From Phaeosaccion multiseriatum (taxonomy: Eukaryota; Protista; Ochrophyta, other classes), in contig OZ218954.1 of the NCBI GenBank assembly GCA_965112735.1, positions 2,604,001-2,668,000 on the forward strand: a stretch of DNA of 64,000 nucleotides, given 5' to 3'. The translations under genes were made by a program, and so were the position numbers. The notes beneath the pieces were generated by a model. It saw only the letters and a list, made by a program, of their open reading frames with translations, was not told the DNA's origin and did not search any database. Of the stretch, positions 59,172 to 64,000 are shown one piece after another (position 1 is the stretch's first letter; the number at the start of each line of letters is the position of its first letter).

Positions 59172-61139
59172 ATGTTTTCCTCGCCGTATGGGTCAGGGAT
59201 TCCAGTGAACCCATACCAAGCTGCAGCAGCGGGAACAAGCAGCAACCATTTTAGCAGTGGCAGCTCTAGCAGGCGGAAGTGGCAAGGACGGATTGCTCTT
59301 TGCCTTGTCGTGTTCGCTGGTGTCCTTGTGCTTAAGCTGGGGGAGCAGTTTTTGTATAGGGACTTTCGCAGTGCTGGCGAACAAGAGTCCTTCGTAACGC
59401 CGAAGAATGGGGGGGGGGAACAACTCAAGCCAGCTTTTGGTGTGGTGGCGGATCTGCCCTCCATGCCACGCTCATCGGATGACGTGCATGTGATATTTTC
59501 CACCGACTGCTCGCCATATCAAGACTATCAGTCCACCTTGCTTTTCCACTCCGCCGAACTCGTGGGGCAGAGCGGCCCAGTCACACGCATCGCGAGTGGC
59601 TGCTCGGAGGAGGATGAGGCCGCGCTCAGAGAAAAGATGAGTGCAATGCCGGAGAATTTCCGGGTGCACTTTACACCTGACTTTAGCTCGGACCCGTTGA
59701 CTGGGGCAACGTACTACTTTTACAACAAGCCGAACGGCGTGGCCCACTTCTTGAGCAATGCGAGTCCCCCGGTCTCGGAAGCTGTGATTGCCCTCGTTGA
59801 CCCAGACCAAATCCTTCTCCGGAAGATCGAAGCTTCAGTTGGCAATGATATGGGCTGGTGAGTGCTTGTTGTTGTTCTCCTTGCAAGGAAAGTGAATAGC
59901 TGAGTCTCCAACCTTCGTTCTGACGTGAGTTCGCTTCCTCTCTCGCCTTTCGGCAGGAAATCGACCTACTCCGCCGAGTTCTTGACCTCGGCAGGCGACT
60001 GGGTGAGGGAGGGCTTTCCGACGGGGGCTCCGTACGGTCTCGGTGGTAAATGGACGACGTGGGCCGATTTGAGCAGCATCTTGGACGCCGTGCCGGAGAC
60101 TCGGGGGGGGGGCAGCCCAGCCCTGACCTACTCCATTCCAGAAGCGACACAGTTTTTCGCCGTGGGCCCTCCCTACCTGATGCATTCCAGGGACTGGGTC
60201 CGGCTGATCAAACTATGGGTGGCTCTTGCGCCGTACGTCAACCAGGGGCACCCAGGCATCTTGGCGGAGATGTACGGCTTTTGCGTCGCAGCGGTACGTA
60301 CAGCCAGGTTTGTCGTCTCTGGTCCCAAAGACGAAGACAGGCACAGTACTGATTGATTCCCGTCCACGCCGCCCTCCGCCACACCACAGGCACATTTGAG
60401 ACTGGAGCACCGCATCGGGGACACCTACATGATCAGCCAGCCCGGAGCGCCGGACGAGGGGTGGCGTCTCATTGAGCCCATGGGACGAGATGTTTGCCCT
60501 GTCGACATTGCGACGCAGTCGAAGCCAAATTTTCCAGTGGTCTTCCATTACTGCCAGGTATGTGGGCTTACTTCAATACACAGCTCTGGCCACCGGCAAG
60601 CAACAGAACTGAGCACAATATATTCTCCTCCTACTCGTACTCCCCCCCCCCCCCCGCCAAAACAGAGCTGGCGCGTAGCCGCGTTTTCCTTTTTGAAGCG
60701 GCACGAGAGTCTGCACGCTTTCTTCAGCTGCTCGGCCCCCGCCTGGGAGGAGCCGCCAAGTAACATCTTGGATCTTCCCATGGCCGCGGCACGGGTGCAC
60801 CCCAAGCACCGGGGGGGCGGGCCACTGGAGGTGGTGACCGACGAAGAGCGCAAGCTCCAGCAGGTGACTGAGATTATGCGTTTCCTCTCACCAGAGACTT
60901 AGCATGCACACCAACCAACTCTTTCCTCCCCCCCATCTCCTTCCTCCGAACAGGCGTTTGGCACGTGTCTAATGCTCAGGTACCTGAACAGCGCACAACG
61001 CGCCTATCAGGAGCGATTCTGTGGTGGCAACCGCCAGGCGGAGAACGGCTCAAAAAGATTCTCGGACCTGATTCCGAGCGATCTCGACGAGGAGCGGCTG
61101 ACTAGGCTGTACAAAGAAGCGGGGCTGTCGTACAGTTAA
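59172..61139 (+). CDS. Peptidyl-serine alpha-galactosyltransferase / hydroxyproline O-arabinosyltransferase-like type II membrane glycosyltransferase, multi-exon
   Basis: TM anchor; HVIFSTDCSPYQDYQ, VTRIASGC, YNKPNG, VDPDQ (DxD), GPPYLMH, LAEMYG, HYCQ. Confidence 0.85.
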
Positions 61140-61283
61140 AGCATCTCATACATGTACAGCGTCTTGTGTGATTCCCCCCCGTTGTTTTAGGATGCGGCGG
61201 CCGCTGACCACCCGGCCTAGAACTTTCACAATCCTCGTTTACTGTGCAGGCACCACCGCAGTCGGCCCTGGAAGAGGTTATCA

Positions 61284-61477
61284 GATTACTGATTACGGCC
61301 GGCGCAGCCGGCCTGATTACTGATTATGGCGCCAGCCGGGCCTGATTACTGATTATGGCCGGCGCCAGCCGGGTCTGATTACTGATTATGACCGGCGCCA
61401 GCCGGCCTGATTACTGATTATGACGGGCGCTAGCCGGCCTGATTACTGATTATTGGCGCCAGAGATTATGGTCGGCG
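61284..61477. repeat. Minisatellite of about 6 units of 29-33 bp (GATTACTGATTATGGCCGGCGCCAGCCGGCCT); GCCGGC-core family
   Basis: Units start at 61284, 61315, 61344, 61377, 61409 and 61441. Confidence 0.93.
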
Positions 61478-61620
61478 AATACTGTAACCTCCTCCAGGGC
61501 TCCAGGGCCGACCGCAGCTGGGCGAAGGAATGGAAAGGCGACTAAAAGTAAAGTTCCAAATCATTCGCCCCACAGTTTCGGAAATACAACACACATGGCA
61601 AGCCCCCAGCGGCAGCCGCC

Positions 61621-64000
61621 ATGATAAATAATCACCGCCAGGCGCGCCTGGATGCTCTCAAGCGTGTAGACTCTCGAATAGAGGCAATCGCAGCCTTTCA
61701 TGGCCCGGAGAGGGATAGCGGAGGGAGGAAGCGAAGCTCCAGCAGCGTGATTGTTTCGGCCACAGACGATGGGCCCCTCCCCAGCGCCCAGGAGAGTGGT
61801 GAAAGAAGGCACAGCGGCGCGGACATGGGCGACTCCGATCTGGGTAGTCAGTCCGAACAGCGGCAGCAGGACTTGGAAAAGACCATGTGGATTGTGCGGT
61901 ACTATCTTAAGCTGGGAAATTTCTGCCAGGTACGTGGAGATGAGGTGGTGCGCATTCCCCACCCCAAACAGGGTGGAGCAAGGTGTAACACACGAAAATC
62001 TTAATCCTTTGCTGTACACAGATGATTCTCGACGGGCGGGTGTTCAGTTCCCTGATAATTCTGTGCATCCTCTTGGCAGGGGTCTTGGTTGGCTTGCAGA
62101 CCTACCCCGATATTGGGGCCGCCCCTGTGATCACTGAGCTGGACAATATGATTCTCGGTATGTTTACCTTGGAGCTAGTGCTCAAGGTTATCTCCTTCGG
62201 GCTCAAGCCGTGGCAGTTCTTGCTGGGCTCGCAAAAGGCCTGGAACTTGTTTGACCTCTTTATTGTCATCATGTGCTTTGCCTACAATGTGGAGAATGGA
62301 TCGGTCGCTTTTCTCCGCCTACTGCGCCTAATGAGAGTTGCAAAGCTTGTGCGGGAGGTGCCCCAACTTCAGATGATCGTCATGGGCCTGGTCGGGGGCA
62401 TGCGGAGCATCCTCTACATTGTCATTCTCCTTTGCTTGGTGTTCTATATATACGCCATTGCGGGTATTTACTACTTTCGAGGTGAGCGGCCAGAGAGAGA
62501 GAGAGAGAGAGAGAGATATAGAGAGAGAGAGAGATAGAGAGGATCCAAAATATCCACTCATATCTCTCCTCTACCTTTACGTGCCTGCAGAGAACGACCC
62601 GTTCCACTTCGACACACTCCCGGTTGCCATGGTCACTCTCTTTCGGGCGGCAACGCTGGAGCAGTGGGCGGAAGTGATGTACATCAATATGTGGGGTTGC
62701 GACGTCTACACAGGGGACCTCTACATCAACAGTAACAGCTCTGCTGCAGCCACAAGTCCAGACATGCTCCTGTGTGATGCCCCTGCGGCCAACGCGTGGC
62801 TAAGTATCTTCTTTTGGATCACGTTCATTGTCATCTGCGCTCTTGTAATGCTGAGCCTCTTCGTCGGAGCCGTCACCATGTCCATGACCGAGGTGCGTGC
62901 GTTTGTGCTCTTCTCTGGCGCACCGTAAGCACCCCCCCCCCCCCCCCCTTAGCCACATCCCGTCGCTCCTCTCCCTTGCCTCCCGCAGAGTATGGCCATT
63001 ATGAAGAGCGAGAGGGAAGAGGCGAAGAGGGAGCGGCGTCTGAGAAAGGCGCAGCAGGAGGCTCAGGCCGCGCATGAGGAGAGGCGGCGGATCTTGAATG
63101 ACGTCGGTGAGTGACCGAGAAGGGAAAGAGCCAAAAACTTCTTTGGCGTGTCAGCAGACCTAATATATTATTATAATTACCAACCCCTACCGCACAGCTC
63201 GAGACATCGCAGCGGGCACGCACGACAGCACGCTCCAAGGCGCCATGAGCATGGAGATGACCGGTAAGGGCATGTGTGCAGCGGATCTAGACCGAAAGCT
63301 TGCTTCTTTTCCTCTTGCTGAATGGGAGTCTCCTCGTCTTTGTTTCTCCTCTTCTCAGCGCAACTCAAGTACAAAGCGCAGGCGGCCAAGGCGGCAGTGG
63401 ACAAGGAGGAGCTCACCAAGGACCAGCGGAAGATGCGGGTGCGAGGGCCTCAGGAGCAGAAACAATGGGCTTTGTCTGTCTTTCCCCACTCAAGTCAATG
63501 GTGTTGTTCTGTGTGTTTCTACCGGTCCTCAGACTTTGTTGGAGCGAGCATGGGGTGGACACGAACTATATCATGAAGACGAAGACATGAGCCACAAGGG
63601 CTGGAGGCAAAAGTACGCACGCCTGGCGGACTTCTGTGCGAATGTAAGTCTCTTCGGTTGGTGCGTGGAGCCTCGCTCTGTCTGAGCATCTCACCACTCG
63701 CGCCTCCCCCCCCCCCCTCCCCAACAAACCCCTCCACTGGCACTCGCAGTTGACAGAGAAGAGCGCGTTCAACAACATGATCACAGGATGCATTGTTATT
63801 GCGGCCATCACAGTAGGTGCGGCGACGTACGAGAGTGTAGACAACAGCTACTTTCTCCGGGCCTTCATGTGGGTGCTCGAGCACGTGATTCTGTGGGTCT
63901 TTACGCTGGAGATGGTCGTGCGCATCATTGCCGAGGAGTTCACGCCATGGTGAGTGTGCAGCTGGCGAGCTCGAGCCCGAGCCTGCCTCACTAGGGACGG
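61621..64000 (+). CDS. Multi-domain voltage-gated cation (Na/Ca) channel, 5' part; truncated by the window end
   Basis: Domain I: WNLFD, S4 FLRLLRLMRVAKLVR, pore FDTLPVAMVTLFRAATLEQW and S6. A linker follows, then S1-S2 of a second domain (FNNMITGCI...FTLEMVVRI). Confidence 0.9.

Noticed and set aside
61284-61477. CRISPR-like appearance (constant repeat plus variable part)
   Set aside because: The variable parts are homologous to each other and short, there are no cas genes, and the context is eukaryotic; it is a minisatellite.
1-64000. Alternative genetic code, introner elements, functional gene cluster
   Set aside because: Conserved genes translate with the standard code and use all three stops. 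I noticed no introns sharing sequence, and neighbouring genes are functionally unrelated.

Overview
Gene-dense, intron-containing (GT-AG, standard code) eukaryotic nuclear DNA. It most likely comes from an alga with a complex red-type plastid such as an ochrophyte stramenopile: three genes (ClpP, DUF3119, a Fn3-like membrane protein) carry signal-peptide + Phe bipartite targeting motifs. I can reconstruct about 35 protein-coding genes by hand-splicing. These include TRMT2A, ERD2-like, ATP6V0B, Orai, ESF1, a VRK/CK1-FHA kinase, SPT4, ClpP, OST48, RPL26, RanGAP, VPS9, NDUFA5, STN1, BUD20, RRP8, CHMP5, UBL3 and a multi-domain voltage-gated channel cut by the window edge. The main unexplained structure is architectural. 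Genes alternate strand at 29 of 34 junctions, with very short divergent and convergent spacers. Four of the five head-to-tail junctions carry members of one dispersed non-coding family: a GCCGGCGYCAGCCGGC core plus 7-bp tandem repeats, in two cases inside a 21-bp-TIR hairpin with a compensatory base change. A palindromic TGTACA recurs just downstream of stop codons. Very long simple repeats ((GGGA)337, (GGA)120, (ACTC)n, (GA)n) lie in introns or intergenic DNA. No rRNA, tRNA, CRISPR array or transposase was recognised. Exon boundaries are manual predictions, and family calls rest on motif recognition rather than database searches.
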